Of a DNA stretch of 64,000 bases, positions 28,738 through 43,332 are shown in pieces (the stretch's first letter is position 1; each line of letters begins with the position of its first letter). The stretch lies in NCBI RefSeq assembly GCF_009914755.1, contig NC_060932.1; one strand, 5' to 3'. Both the position numbers and the translations under genes were made by a program. The notes beneath the pieces are model-generated. The model was not told where the DNA came from. It did not search any database and saw only the letters and a program-made list of their open reading frames with translations. The DNA is from the human T2T-CHM13v2.0 reference genome, Homo sapiens.

Positions 28738-31095
28738 TTAAACTACATGGCAAGCAGAATAAAATCATTTTCAGGCAGCCTGAATAAATTACAAATTAGC
28801 TGAAGCCAATATGAGGACTAGAGTATGGCAAGATTTTTAATTCTATCTTCTCAGCCTAAAATAAATTATACAAGATCTCCTTGCACTATCTTCTTACAGT
28901 ATCTCCTTAGATTGTAATTTGCCCTTAAACTATCAATTAACCTATAAACAATTCTGCAATTATGCTATCTACTTATAACTAGTGGAACTGAGGCACAAGT
29001 AAAAATGTACTTTGTATTCATTTCTCGTAGGGCTTAGTCTAAAGATAATGGAATGCAGCTAACATTCAAGGCTCTGGAATATGATGACAAGCATTCTTAG
29101 GACTGTCAGTTCAGTGGAGCAACTATATCAACTCTACCAGGACTGTTTTCATGACTGTATTTTTCTTTTCTTAGTCTTATTATCATATGGTCTCAATATA
29201 GATCCTATATCTTTGTTGCAATGCCTGCATTTCATCAGGGAGAAAGAAGAGGAGAAAGGTGTTTGACTATATAAGAAAAATTTTAAAAATATCCCAGGAT
29301 GAGTATATCAGAAATCGTATCAGCCAGAATCTAGCTACTTGGTCATCTCTTGCTGGAATCCTATAAGAAAGAACCTAAAAATAGATTGGATCAGGCCTAA
29401 CAGTGTCTGACACACTATACTTGTACAAGGTATGTAAATTTGTATCTAGTTTATAATCAACAACATAGATCTTACAAAATGTATTACTACGTGTCATAGA
29501 ATTTGTTTTATCTTCATTGGTCTCCATCAGCTCCTTTTTCATTTGATTACCTATTTTTGTTTGCATGTCAAAATGAAGAATAGATTTTAATATCTTTTTT
29601 ATTACTATGCAGATATAATTTTTACTGTATAATTATTATTAAAACAATTATCCTAAATCAAAATCATTTGATGATACATTTATACTTTCTTGGGTTTTTT
29701 CATTTTTCACATTCATGGCTTACATGTAAATTCAGTGTAACTAATATTATAGAAAAATTTTGTTGTGAGATATAAATGACATTTTTTTCTTTTAAATTAT
29801 ATCACTATGTCATAAGTATCTATACTTAACTAAGGTACATTCCATGGATTGAAATCAGTAAAAAGCTCTGCTAGCTGGGGCTGCTACTTACTTTTCAGCT
29901 TCTAAAAATGCATTAGCACCCATGGCATGGATGTCTGAATTTCTCCTGTTGTAATTCACTGTCAGAGAAAAGTACAGTTGAAGAAATATACTATTATTTT
30001 ATTCTTTCCAAGTCAAATATTAGAGATTTGCTATTTGTAACCCTGATATCTACTTATTTCAAAGCTTATTTAATTTTCTTTTTACTATATACAATAATAT
30101 GTTTTCTGAAAACAAATTGACTTTTTATATTTAGAATGTGCTTCCTGTAACTAGCGGTTGAAAGGAAGCGTCTGTCATATTATGTCAGCTTTTCCTCTCT
30201 GATCCCCTAGAGGGATGATCTGAATCATTAGTTTATAATCAGTTTTTTGTTTTTAATTAAACATCAGCCGTATGATTGAGTCAGGCAAAAACAGATTTTG
30301 CTCCTGGTCTCCAAAATAAATAGATTTATGGAAGTAATGTTTGGCAAAATATTTAATAGGCTAATAGTAAAATTTTATAAGAAAAGCATGACTTGGAGAT
30401 TTCCATACATTAATTACTTTTAGGAAAGAGCGAGAGTTTGAATTGTGTAATGTTAAACAAAATGTTATTGATCAAGTCATTGCTATAATTCAGATTTCAA
30501 TAAGTATAATACATGAGTTGATTTTAATTATGCATTCAATTTTTTCTTTATTAATTTATTCCATCAATTATTTATTCAATCACAGCATTAGCAAATTTGC
30601 TAGTCTATGTCAGTATGCTGGTATATATGATTGTACGTGTGTGCATGCGTGTGTGCATATGCATAACACCTGTAGTATATTTCTATACATTCAACAGTTG
30701 CAGATGAAATCTAAACTAGTATAAATTATACTGTAAAATTTACTGTAAAAAACACTGTAAAATTTACCATCCACTAGTAAATGCCCAAGAAAATGCATTT
30801 TTATTCGGCTCAGCTTAAACACAGACACAAACATTTAGCAAGCTTTGCGCTTAATGAATAAGTGAAACATAGACACTTATAGAGAATATTTATTTGCAAA
30901 TAACCAGAAATCTATTGAAGAAAATATAGTTTTAAATTCTTTTGAATAAATCTACCAAAATATTTATTAATCTTGGGTTGGAATGCTTTTATTCATATAT
31001 ATGATGAAGAAAAACAGTATACAAATACGAAATTATAGAACACAACACTAATCAGATTTAATAACTAAACTATTAAGCATATCTATATATCTACC

Positions 31096-31100
<5 letters not shown>

Positions 31101-31139
<39 letters not shown>
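31101..31139. repeat. (CA)n microsatellite
   Basis: About 19 CA units. Confidence 0.95.
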
Positions 31140-31141
<2 letters not shown>

Positions 31142-31550
31142 AAGATAAACAGAAAGAGCAAGGTAAAAATTAGGAAAACTTATCATCAACAACAACAAAA
31201 AAACAATGAAACAAACCTACAAAATATCAGATGGAAAACTGAAACTGAAAATAGAAATTAATAAATTAGTAAACAATAGAGATTTTAAGTATCTTACTCT
31301 GAAAAAAATCAAACAGATCTATTTGATTTACCTTAAAGTAAAATAGAAAACACAATATTCAAGTACATGCTATTAAGAATTAAATGTTATGTAATTCTAT
31401 ACCAAGAAGATATGAATATTTACTCAAATCTATAATAATTAAATTCAGAACTCAAAGAACTCTATTTTTTTCTCAGAAAATAAAATGGAAAAAACCAGTT
31501 CAACATTTGGCCTGAAATGAAGTGATAGAAACCTTTGAAGGGAATGATAA

Positions 31551-31793
<243 letters not shown>

Positions 31794-34254
31794 TGACTTT
31801 GCATTGTTATGGTAGTTTTTAGTAATGGTAAAAAAGATATTTGTATATATTCAAACCCATCAAATCATACTTCCAAAACATCATGTTTGCTTACAAAATA
31901 TGCTTTAATGTAAGACCAAGGTTATTCTGCATAGCATGACAGCATACCCACTAAAATATTCTCCCTTCTCTAATTCTCACTAAAACAACAAAATATTTTA
32001 TACAAATTTTACATCTTGACATTTTCAATATTAAACATGTAAACTTTTATTAAATCTTTATATACTAGTGCCGTAGTATATAGTATATTTTAATACCTTT
32101 TTTCTTACTATGCAGATGTAATTTTTACTACATATTATTATTATGTAGTATGGGTGCACCTTAGTCTGCTAGCCTATGTTCTATCTTCTGGGTCAGCAGC
32201 TTACTTTTCACTTGTATTCATTCTATCTAGGATTTATCATAACAAGTATTGTTTCTGTTATCAGTTAAGATATCCTCGGCTCTGAAAAAGAGAAACTGGC
32301 TCAATGATGCCTCCAAATGTTCATTTCTTTTTTTTTTTTTGTCATATTGTTTATTTGTTTGATATTTGATCATTTGTTTCTGCTTTGTTTTGCTGTGTTT
32401 TACTCTTGTTTTGTATGATTTTAAGCTTGCTTTCCCTTGTGGTTTTAGAATGGCAGTCAGCAGAGTTTGGAACTAAATGCTTTTGTTTCAACTCCAGAAG
32501 AAATGAGAGGGAAAACAAATGAGCAAGACAAAAAAAAAAAAAGTAAGCATAAAAGTCACCCAAATATGCCTGAAGCATGAGTTGTAAAGCCTCCCACTGA
32601 ATCAAAGTGCAAAGATTTAAGCAGCTTTACTAGAAGAATTCCCAGTCAGAGCTTTTTTAAGAAAAAATTATTCTTTTTGTTTCAGGAATAAGATGTCACC
32701 TTATTTCTCTGATTATATTAATTGTATTCATTTTAATGTTTTAGCCTCTATTTTTATGGTATTTCTTTAAAATGTTGATGCTACTTTTTAATTTTTATCA
32801 TTATTTTTCTCTCCAAAGTATATTGATTTGTTTATTAATGACCTCTGTGTAATCTCTTTGTAGTTCCATTTTCTCATCGGTTGTCTTCTACTGTTGTTTC
32901 CACAATTCACCATTGGGGTTTTCCTTCTCCAGTCTTCTTGTGAGTTTGTAAAGCATAGAAAAATCCCTTTATGAGGTGCACCTTAGTCTGCTAGCTTTTG
33001 AGGGTATTCACTCCTCATTCCTACTGAAAGTGGACTTCCAGGGAAGAGTTATTTCTTAATAATACAATATGCCATATTCAGTGTGCTCTTCTGGAGGTAG
33101 CCACCTCGGTCTCTGATGTCTATTCTAATTTTCTGTTTGAATGGTTGGCAGAGATAGACTTAGGCAGGAGATCACTGGTTGGTGGTACTCACGGTAATAC
33201 TCTGGCAAACATTGGCATTACTCCCAGCCCATCTTCTTGTGCTTATAGCAGAACATACCTAGTGTTCCCACTTTTATCTTTCAGTAATTGCTCTCAGTTC
33301 CTGCACTCCCTGGTGTTTCCTTTTTTTATTTAAGAAAATTATTCTGCTCTTTTAAGGCAGCTACTGTATGGTAGAGCAGCTTCAGTGAGTATTCACAAAT
33401 TAGTGTAAAGCAGAATTTCTTAAATTCTTAAATGCAAAAAAATGTAAACAATAATAAAGGAAAAATTAGGAAAACAAATATACAACCCTGAGGTTAATAA
33501 GATCTTCCTAATTAAAAACAAATTTTGGAAGAACAAAAGTTCTTATAAATAAAGTTAAATAATAAATAGTACACTAGCGAAGATATTGGCAATTAACATG
33601 CAGAGTTTAATATCCATAATGTATGAAAAAAACATAGCCAAAAGCTATATTAATAGAAACATTTTAAATAGGATATTCAAAAGGTCAATTAAAATATGAA
33701 AAAGTAATATTCAACTCCAGGTTTTAAATTTTGAACAAAATATGTGTCATCCTTGCCTCCATGCAGTTTAGTTTACTGAGGGAAATAGAAATTTAAAACA
33801 ATATTTTATTTTAATCATTATTGGCAAACTCTTATCCCTTCATAAAACTTGCAGATACAGGAAATCCATTCTCTGAAAGAGTTTTTTTTTTTTTAATTAG
33901 AAAACAGAATGCAGTAGAGAGAGACAGATGATACCATTTCTATCCTGTCTTTCCACCACACATAGAATGTATCATTGAAAGCAATAGATGAGGAATCAGA
34001 TGTACCTATTTCTTCCAAATTTCTGGCAGAACTACTAATTGGTAAATTGTAGTGATATATACTAAAGTTAAAAAAAAAGATAAGAAGATATTTGGGGATT
34101 AACTTTGTGGTTTTACTTCTAGTCATGTCAATTTGTAGATGAGACACATAGGGTGCATACATTTTTATTTAGTGCAATAAACTAAGTCAAGGAAGAACAA
34201 TATAGGAGGCACCATAACATACTTATTTTGAGTGCATTTTTTTGGTAGACGCAA

Positions 34255-34375
34255 TTACCTTGATTTTAATAATGGTATCAAAGATATTTGTATATATCCA
34301 AACCCATCAAATTATACACAATCATATGTGTAGTTCTTTATATATCAATTATACTTTAATAAAGCTGTTTAAAAC
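34255..34375 (+). mobile_element. L1MC/MD-like 3' terminus
   Basis: ccaaacccatcaaattatacac...tcaattatactttaataaagctgttt. Confidence 0.65.
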
Positions 34376-34708
34376 ACAAATACTGATGGAATTATTAAAA
34401 TAAATAAATGTGGAAAGGACAAAATACCCTCAAGATTTGGAAGAGAACTGATTTTTTATTTGACCCCAAGGGGAATCAAGTAGAAATCTATAAATCCTCT
34501 AAAAGAATGGCTGTACTTGCCCATTGATGTCAGTGTTCTCGAGTAAAAAAAGCCTAACACCCATGCACAAATGGTTCTCAGAGTGCAGAAACCTTCCTGT
34601 AGCATCAGAAAACCAAAAACAAAAAATAATTGTGATATTGCTTTTACAATAGCTCCTCAAAGCAACAACAAATTTTAATCTGCCAAACAAAAGCAACAAC
34701 CAAAAACA

Positions 34709-34712
<4 letters not shown>

Positions 34713-34740
<28 letters not shown>

Positions 34741-35007
34741 GAGACAGAGTCTTACTCTGTTGCCCAGGCTGGAGTGCAGTGGCATGATCTCAGCCCACTG
34801 CAACCTCCATCCCCTGGGTTCAAGCGATTCTCCTGAGTAGCTCAGATTACAGGCACCTGCCACTGCGCCTGGCTAATTTTTGTATTTTTAATGCAGACGG
34901 GGTTTCACTATCTTGGCCAGGCTGGTCTTTAACTTCTGACCTCATGATCCACCCGTCTCAGCCTCCCAAAGTGTTGGGATTACAGGTGTGAGCCACTGCT
35001 CCCAGCC
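34713..35007 (-). mobile_element. Alu (AluSg-like) with a short internal deletion
   Basis: 15-bp TSD aaccaaaaacatttc; ttctcctg joined directly to agtagct. Confidence 0.95.
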
Positions 35008-35345
35008 AACCAAAAACATTTCCCACTAGAAAAGAGATATGACTGAACTTGGAAGAGCATTTATTAAAAGGTACGTGGTAATAGAAATAAGAATTTTAAA
35101 GGGAAAGAGAAAAGGAGTCATAAAAGTAAGCATATAATCAAAACAGTTTATTATTACAGGAGGAAGGGGATTTTAAATTAGAAGGAAGACTCAATAATGC
35201 TAAATACTATATAGAGTGATGAAAAATAAAAACCCCAACAGACCATTTATTATAGTCTTTTAGATCATACTGTGGTCTTTGAAAATCACTGGTGTTCATT
35301 TAAAGCATTTTGTTCACTGGATGGTCAGAGATTCTGTTTGCAAAA

Positions 35346-36055
<710 letters not shown>

Positions 36056-37504
36056 TACATCACAAAAGGATTAAAGATAAAGTAACTACAAAGTAAGAAA
36101 CAGTAGTTACCAGATACATATATGGAAAATCCAGCGATCAAAGAGAAAGTCTTGATGATAGCTTGATGAGATGACATGATTGTATAAATGTTCTATTTAG
36201 AACAATGCAGAAAGTCTACTGAACTGTGATGGTCAAGAAAGAAATAATGGAGGAGACATGTGTCTTAAATATACAGGTTAAAATAGAGTAAAGTTGGATA
36301 TTTAATCCCTTATGGAAGACTTAGATGTTACCCCTGTGGAACATGTACATAATATATACAATTATGATACCCTTTATTATCCATACCAGGAGACTTTTAA
36401 GAGTGAAAGTGGGACAATTAAGTTTTATACTGAGACAGACATGACCCAGATTGTTCAGTAACTGAAACCATATGGTCCTTTACCACACCACAGTTCATCA
36501 CACCACAGTTCACAGTATAGCTCAGATTTAATCTGGCAATGAGTAGCAAGTCAGTAACTAAATCTTTGTTTTCTTCTTTGGTATTGCTTTTCTAAGTCTC
36601 CCTTGGAGTGCTGTTGTCTTGAGGTCTAGCAGTGATGTGCTGTGAGCACAAATGATATGATGTACTTCCAACATTGGTCTAGAAAAGTCTTCTGCATGCT
36701 ATCCTTGAGTTTCCCATTTTGTGACCTGAGTTTCTTTCAGGGCCCAATATTAAAACAGTGAATCCACTAGGTTGAATTAGCATGGGTTACGAATATATGA
36801 TGAGAGGTACAATACCTCCTCAGAGCTGTAGGTTAATTAGAAAGAATCTTCTACTTGTTTGAGAGACATTGTTCATCCAGAGGTTTGTTAAGCAGCTATT
36901 ATTATCCAATAAAAACTTATTCTCAATACAATCCTTCAAATAGTCGCTACCCGTAGATTAAAGTGAATATGAGGGCAAAATTCTATGACCCATTTTGATA
37001 ATAATGGATGAGATAGAAAACACAGATTAGTCTTTAAAAAGTAAAGGCACACCTTATCTACGATATAGGATAAGCAAAGGGCAAAAGAGTGCAGAGAAAA
37101 AAAATAACAGAGCCAAGAATGTAACTTAGGCTACATGATTTTATTTTGTTTATCCTACTGAAACAGACTGAGATTAAAGTTTCTACTCAAATAATCACAT
37201 TTTAAAGGACACATTCTATAGGTATATATAGTTTATTTTTTTAATGTATTTGTGTCCACCTTAAGCATTGCTGAAACTACTAATATTTCAACGTCTCATT
37301 CTGTCTTCTCATATTGTTGACAACTTGAGTGCAATATGGTAGAAAATTTTAAGCTCAAGGCTTACATTGAAACTTGTGTCAATTTGAAGTTAAATGAAAT
37401 AATATAAAGCACTGCAAGGTCATAGGGAAAAGAGTTATACATAAAAGTATGCTTGGTATATATTTACAAATAAAGTATTATATTTAATCTTTAATAATAT
37501 AAAA

Positions 37505-37945
37505 ACACATGGCAATCCAATCTGAAAAGATACATACTGTATGATTCCAACTATTTGACATTCTGTAAAAGGCAAAACTATCGATACAGTAAAAAGATTA
37601 TTGGTTGCCAGGGGTTGAGGGGAGGAAGGAATGAATAGGCGGAAAATTTCTGGGAAAGTACAAAATTCTTCATGATACTGCAATGTTGGATACATGTCAT
37701 TTTACATTTGTCAAAACCCAAAGATTATAACACTACCAAGAGTGAACCCTAATGTAAGCTATGGAATGACACTGACCTTAACAAATTGTCATTCTGGTTA
37801 GAATTTTGCTACTGGGGAAGACTGTTTTTGTGTTGGGTGTAGTGTGCTGAGAAAGGAACCAGAGGTATATGGGAATTCTGTACATTCTCAATTTTACTGT
37901 GAATCAAAAACTGCCCTAAAACCTAAAGTCTATTACAATATTTTA
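37505..37945 (+). mobile_element. L1MC-like 3'UTR
   Basis: tacatactgtatgattccaactat...ggcaaaactat...gagtgaaccctaatgtaa. Confidence 0.8.
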
Positions 37946-38193
37946 AAATGCATGTCAAACCAAAACATAAATTGAAGCATTTCAAAAGATTTTCAATTTG
38001 AATTGAATTTTAACAGCTGCTTAAAATATTTGATAGTTTAAAATATATATATTTTAATATAATATCTCAAAAATTAATATAGTAAAGGAGGAAAACAGGA
38101 AAATGATCAGCAATAAAAATGGTATCTTTTTTCAGTATATTTTTGGATAATAGGGGTGATTTGTTATTGTTGTTTAATGTGCACAAAGGTGCA

Positions 38194-38474
38194 TGTGTTG
38201 TGTCCCTTATTCAAAATGCTTGGAACCAGAAGTGCTTTGAATTTTGAATTTCAAAAATTTTTGCAATATTTGCCTATACATAATAAGACCCAAGTTTAAA
38301 CATAAAATTCATTTATATTTTATAAACACCTTATATACATACTCTGAAAGTAATTTTATATAATATTTTAAATAATTTTGTTCATGAAAAGAAATTTGTG
38401 GTAAGTACGTGTTGAATTTTCCTCTGGGGTGGTCATGTTAGTGCTCAAAAATGATTTAGGGATGCTAAAACTTT
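38194..38474. mobile_element. Tigger4/MER46-type nonautonomous DNA transposon
   Basis: cccttattcaaaatgcttggaaccagaagtg...gacccaagtttaaacataaaattcatttat...tagggatgcta. Confidence 0.75.
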
Positions 38475-39559
38475 ATTATTTAGTTAACATAGTGCCAACT
38501 TATTCACAGATCTCCCATTTTGCATCTGTAGCTATATTTTATCTGTCATAATTAATGAAGCTCCACATGAATTTGCAGCCTTTTTGTAAATTATTAGAAA
38601 TGATATATGATTCATGCATACATTCTTTAAGAAGCCTGTCACCTTTAATCAAGTTCATCATATTTCACAAGTCTATGACCTTGTGAATTTCATCTACTTT
38701 TTTTATTTCTTCATGCCTCATTTGAATAATCATCTATCAAACTAAATAGACACAATTGCATCCATAAAATTTACAAACATTCATCAGACTATGAAGAAAG
38801 GTCTGTTTTTAAGTAAAGAGGCACTTTTCCTTACTGGTTACATGCCTAAATGCATTGACTTGATTCTGAATACCATCACTGGGCACTAATGACCACATGT
38901 ACTTGGAGATGCAGTGCAAAGAAGTCACAGAGTAGATGCAAAATATTTGAACCAAAAATAAAGTTGAATTAAATATGTTATTAAGAAGTCAAACAGTGAA
39001 AAATAGTGACTTGTAATCATAAAGATATGGACATGAAATTTGAAAATAATCATTGATTTTTATTCACTAGATGAGCAATCTTCTTTGGAATTCTGTAGGA
39101 GACAGGATACAGTTTAAATAAATATAATTTTAAAATTATAATTATTGATCAAAGATGAAAACATTTTTCTTAATCTTCGTTATATCTTTCGGGAATGACA
39201 GAACAATTCCTAAGAGGAGTTGGTCTAATTTTCTAAGATCTAAACTTTAAAATTATAATATATCAGTAAATGAAGATAATTACAAATTGTGGGCTAAATA
39301 TGCAGCTTGCTCAATTAAATTTGTTATTTTCATGTGACTAAAGGATGAACCGTGAACACAGGTTTTTCATTTTATAGTGTCATAAAGAAGGCATATGAGT
39401 AGAGATAGAACCAACTCAGCACCCCAAACATGCACAGAAAAAAAAAAGGGAAAAGCCTTGTGTTTCCGTTAAATCTTGGATATTTTATACCTGTGTGGCA
39501 TTGGTAAAGTACATTGGTTGCTCTGAAATTCATTTTCCTCACTTGTAAAATTTGTCAGT

Positions 39560-42322
39560 GATATCAGCAACATGGAGAATTAGGAAGCCCTGGGTTTCCT
39601 CATCCCACAGGCACACCAGTTTAGTAATATACAGAAAATCCTTTTTGTAAGAAATTCAGAGACCAATTAAGAGGCTCATGCTCTGTGAGCAAGTGTGAAA
39701 CCAACCACCAAAACTGGTAGGAAAATTTGTAAAGTTATCTCACTATAACTTTCCCCTCAGTACATTGCCAAACAATTGCCAATTATTTGGCAATTGCCAA
39801 ATTGGGAGAAAACTCCTGGCTCTCAGTCTTCTTGGGGAGGGAAGGAGAGAACTAGACTGTAAGTTCAATATTTTGACTCTTGGGAGACTGACCAAGAGAC
39901 TGGTTTCTGTCTTGCCTGAATCTGAGAGCTAACAGAAAAGGGCCCCTATTGGGAACTGCTGAGAGCCAAGGTGGTGATTTACCAGTATGCACTCACTGGC
40001 CATTGCTCATTCTGCCAACTCAGCATAACAGGATCAGGAAAATTATCAGGCCCCAGATTCTCCTCAGGTAGATAAATATGAGACTGAAATATAAGCCCAG
40101 TGTTCATACATATGGTGATGGGGAGATTATCTGAGATACGCTACATGACTGGGGGTCACTGAAAACAAAAAATAGAGTCGGATGGTGTACAGCTGCTCCA
40201 GAAGACCCCTGGCACAACAGACAAATACTGGAGAGAATAAGAGATTACAGAGTTTTGAAAAAGAAAGGTAATAAATCCCTATAGGATATTACATGCACAA
40301 ATCTGGAGAAGACACATCCAAAGAAAAAAATTGAGAGGCCTCTAGAATCTCTAGCCAGGTTGATTGATGTCTTTCATTTTACAAATTCAGTCCTTAAAGA
40401 CTCGGAGAGGAAAGTTCTTTTTCAAACATATGAATCCCGCAAAAATCTGTCATGAATCATGAAGAATCGGAAAAATGTTTTTTTTAATGAACACAATAGA
40501 CTTCCAGATGTTGACCCTAAAAAAATGGAGATATGTGAATTTCCTGACAAGGAATGCAAAATGATCATCATAAAGATGTCAGTGATCTCAGAACAATAAT
40601 GTGTGAACAAAATGAGAATTTCAACAAGAAATTAAAGGCACAGTGAAATGGAAAGACCTCCCATATTTATATATCAGAAGAATTAATATAAGTAAAACAT
40701 CCCTACCATCCAAAACAACCCACATATTAAATTAATCTTTATTAAATTAAATAATCCCTATTAAAAGTCAACTAATATTTTTACATAGAAATATAAAATA
40801 TATCCATAAAATTTATATGGAACCACAAAAGACCCAGAATAGCCATAAAAATCTAGAAAAAGTGAATGTAGCTGGAGAGCTCATACTTCCTGATTCCAAA
40901 ACATATTATATAACTACAGTAATTGAATTAGTATGGTACTGGCATAAAGACAGAGTAATGAAACAGAATAGAGAGACTAGAAATAAGGCCACACATATAC
41001 AGTTAATCGATTTTTAACAATGGTAAAAATAATACACAATAAAGAAAGGACAGTTTCTTCAAACACTGTTGTGAAGACTGGATATCCATATTCTAAAGAA
41101 TAAAATTGGACTTTCATCTTACCATACACAAAAATCAACTCATGAAAAAACTTTAACATAAGACCTAAAACTCTAAAATTTCTAAAAGAAAACATGAGAA
41201 GAGAGAATCATGACATTGGACTTGACAATCATTTCTTGGCTAGGTGTCAAAAGCATAGGCAACAAAAGCAAAAACAGAGAAGTGGGGCTACATCACACTA
41301 AAAAGTTCTGCACAGTAAAAGAATAATGAACAGAGTGAAAAACTATGTATAGAATTGGAGAAAATATTTGTAAACTCAAAAGGATTTAATCTCCAAAATA
41401 TATAAGAAACTCCTATATCTACATTTTAAAAACCCTAATAACCTGATTTAAAAAATTAACAAAGGGCTTGAATATTCATTTATTCAAAGACGACATACAA
41501 ATATCCAAAAAGTATATAAGAAGAGGCGCACCATCACTAATTACCAGAGATATGCAAATCCAAACCACAATGAAGTATCACCTCACACCTAATAGGATGG
41601 TAATTACCGAAAAGCAAACAACAAACCAGTGTTGGCAAAGATGTGGAGTAACTGAAACATTTTCGCACTATTTGTGGGAATATAAAATGGTACAGTTGCT
41701 ATGGAATACAATATGGAAATTCCTCAAAAAATTAAAAGTATAACTACCATACGATCCAGCAAGCTGCTTCTGGATATATATCCAAAACAATTGAAATCAG
41801 GATCTCAAAGAGATATTTGCACATCCACATTTATTTGTAATATTATTCACAGTAGCAAAGTTGTGGAAGCAAAGTAAATGGTCATTGATTGATGAATCAA
41901 TAAAGGAGGTTTGGTATATTTTTCAGCATTAAAAAGAAAGCAAACCATGTTATATGCAACCATGAGTTAAAATGTACTCATAATGTACTCAGTAGATTAA
42001 CCTTGAGTACATTATGCTAAGTGTAATAGTCACAGAATGACGAATAGTGCGTGATATCACATATATGAACTATTTAAAGTAGTCAAACTCATAGTGGCAG
42101 AATGCAGAATGCTGGTTTCTACAGGATAAGAGGAGAGGAAAAGAGGGGGTTGCTGTACAATGGTTTTATACAAAAATATATACAAGCAGTTATACAGTAT
42201 AAAACATTTCTAGAGATCTGCTGTGTAACTAGTGCTTATAATTAACAATACTGTACAATGCACTTAAAAGTTTGTTAAGAAGGTAGACCTCATGTTATGC
42301 TTTTTATCACAATTAAAAATAA
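39560..42322 (+). mobile_element. L1MA-like element: 5'UTR/ORF1 start joined at ~40630 to ORF2 3' part and 3'UTR
   Basis: ORFs 40817-41017 (LPDSKTYY..VWYWHKDR) and 41468-41743 (SLITRDMQIQTTMKYHLTP) are ORF2 remnants; ends tatcacaattaaaaataa. Confidence 0.8.
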
Positions 42323-43097
42323 GTGACATTTAACTAATTATAAATATTACATGAGATAGTGAAACATTTTTAACACATGAATGTTGCACACAATACAACA
42401 TTACATAATAAAAGAAGTAATCAAAATTATTATCTCCCTAATTACTATAATTAGTACTACAAAAATATTAGGCACATAGTGTATTAAGGATAAGTGATTT
42501 TATATACACAGACAGACATATACAGAAATACATACACATAGGTATAAATGTATGTATATATAATTGAAAACAAATTATTACAATGCATTAAGAGGGTTAC
42601 ACTACCTATAACTTTCAAACGTAAGCTTTTTTTAATTCAGACACTCATATTGTAATATTGTGAATTTGAAACTACTACAAAGAAAAGTAAAAGAATTGAT
42701 TTTGCCTACAAAGTTATAATAATAGAAATTTGATTGGAGGCACTGAATTATGATGTCAAATATAACACAGTCAAATATAACATGATTATCCAACAATTAC
42801 AACATTTTAATGTAATTTCAATTAGACATAACTTCAAAATTATCTCTTCAGAAAATAACAAAAAATTTAGTTGGAACATTAAAATTAGTGTAAGTATCTA
42901 ATGGATGTATTCAAAAAGTTGAAAATATTTTTTCATACATAAAACTGAAGTTAATAAATATAACTCACAAAAATCAGTGATAATTATGATAATTCAAAGT
43001 AATGCTTTATAATTGGAAGCATTATATATTTATATATTCTGCAACTACTATACAATCAGTAAACTTTTAATCTTAAAGGAAGTTAACAAGCAAAAAT

Positions 43098-43332
43098 CTT
43101 TTGCTCTTTTTCCTTTCCTTCCTTCCTTCCTTCCTTCCTTCCTACCTTCCTTCCTTCGCTCCTCCTCCTCTTCTTCTTTCTTTCTTCTTTTTCTTTCTTT
43201 CCTTTCTTTCCTTTCTTTCTTTTTCTCTTCCTCTTTTCTTTCTTTCTCTTTCTTTCCCTCTTTCTTTTCTTCCCTTTCTCCCTTCCTCCCTTCCTTCTTT
43301 CTTTTCTTTTCATTTCATTTCTTCTTGTTTTT
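43098..43332. repeat. Polypyrimidine (CCTT)n/(CTTT)n compound repeat
   Basis: About 230 bp of almost pure C/T. Confidence 0.95.

Noticed and set aside
30195-30225. cccctagaggg CTCF-like word
   Set aside because: Incomplete match to the core motif
36484-36512. Short tandem duplications (cacaccacagttca twice; also gtcaaatataaca twice at 42755-42782)
   Set aside because: Ordinary slippage duplications; no CRISPR-like repeat-spacer array anywhere
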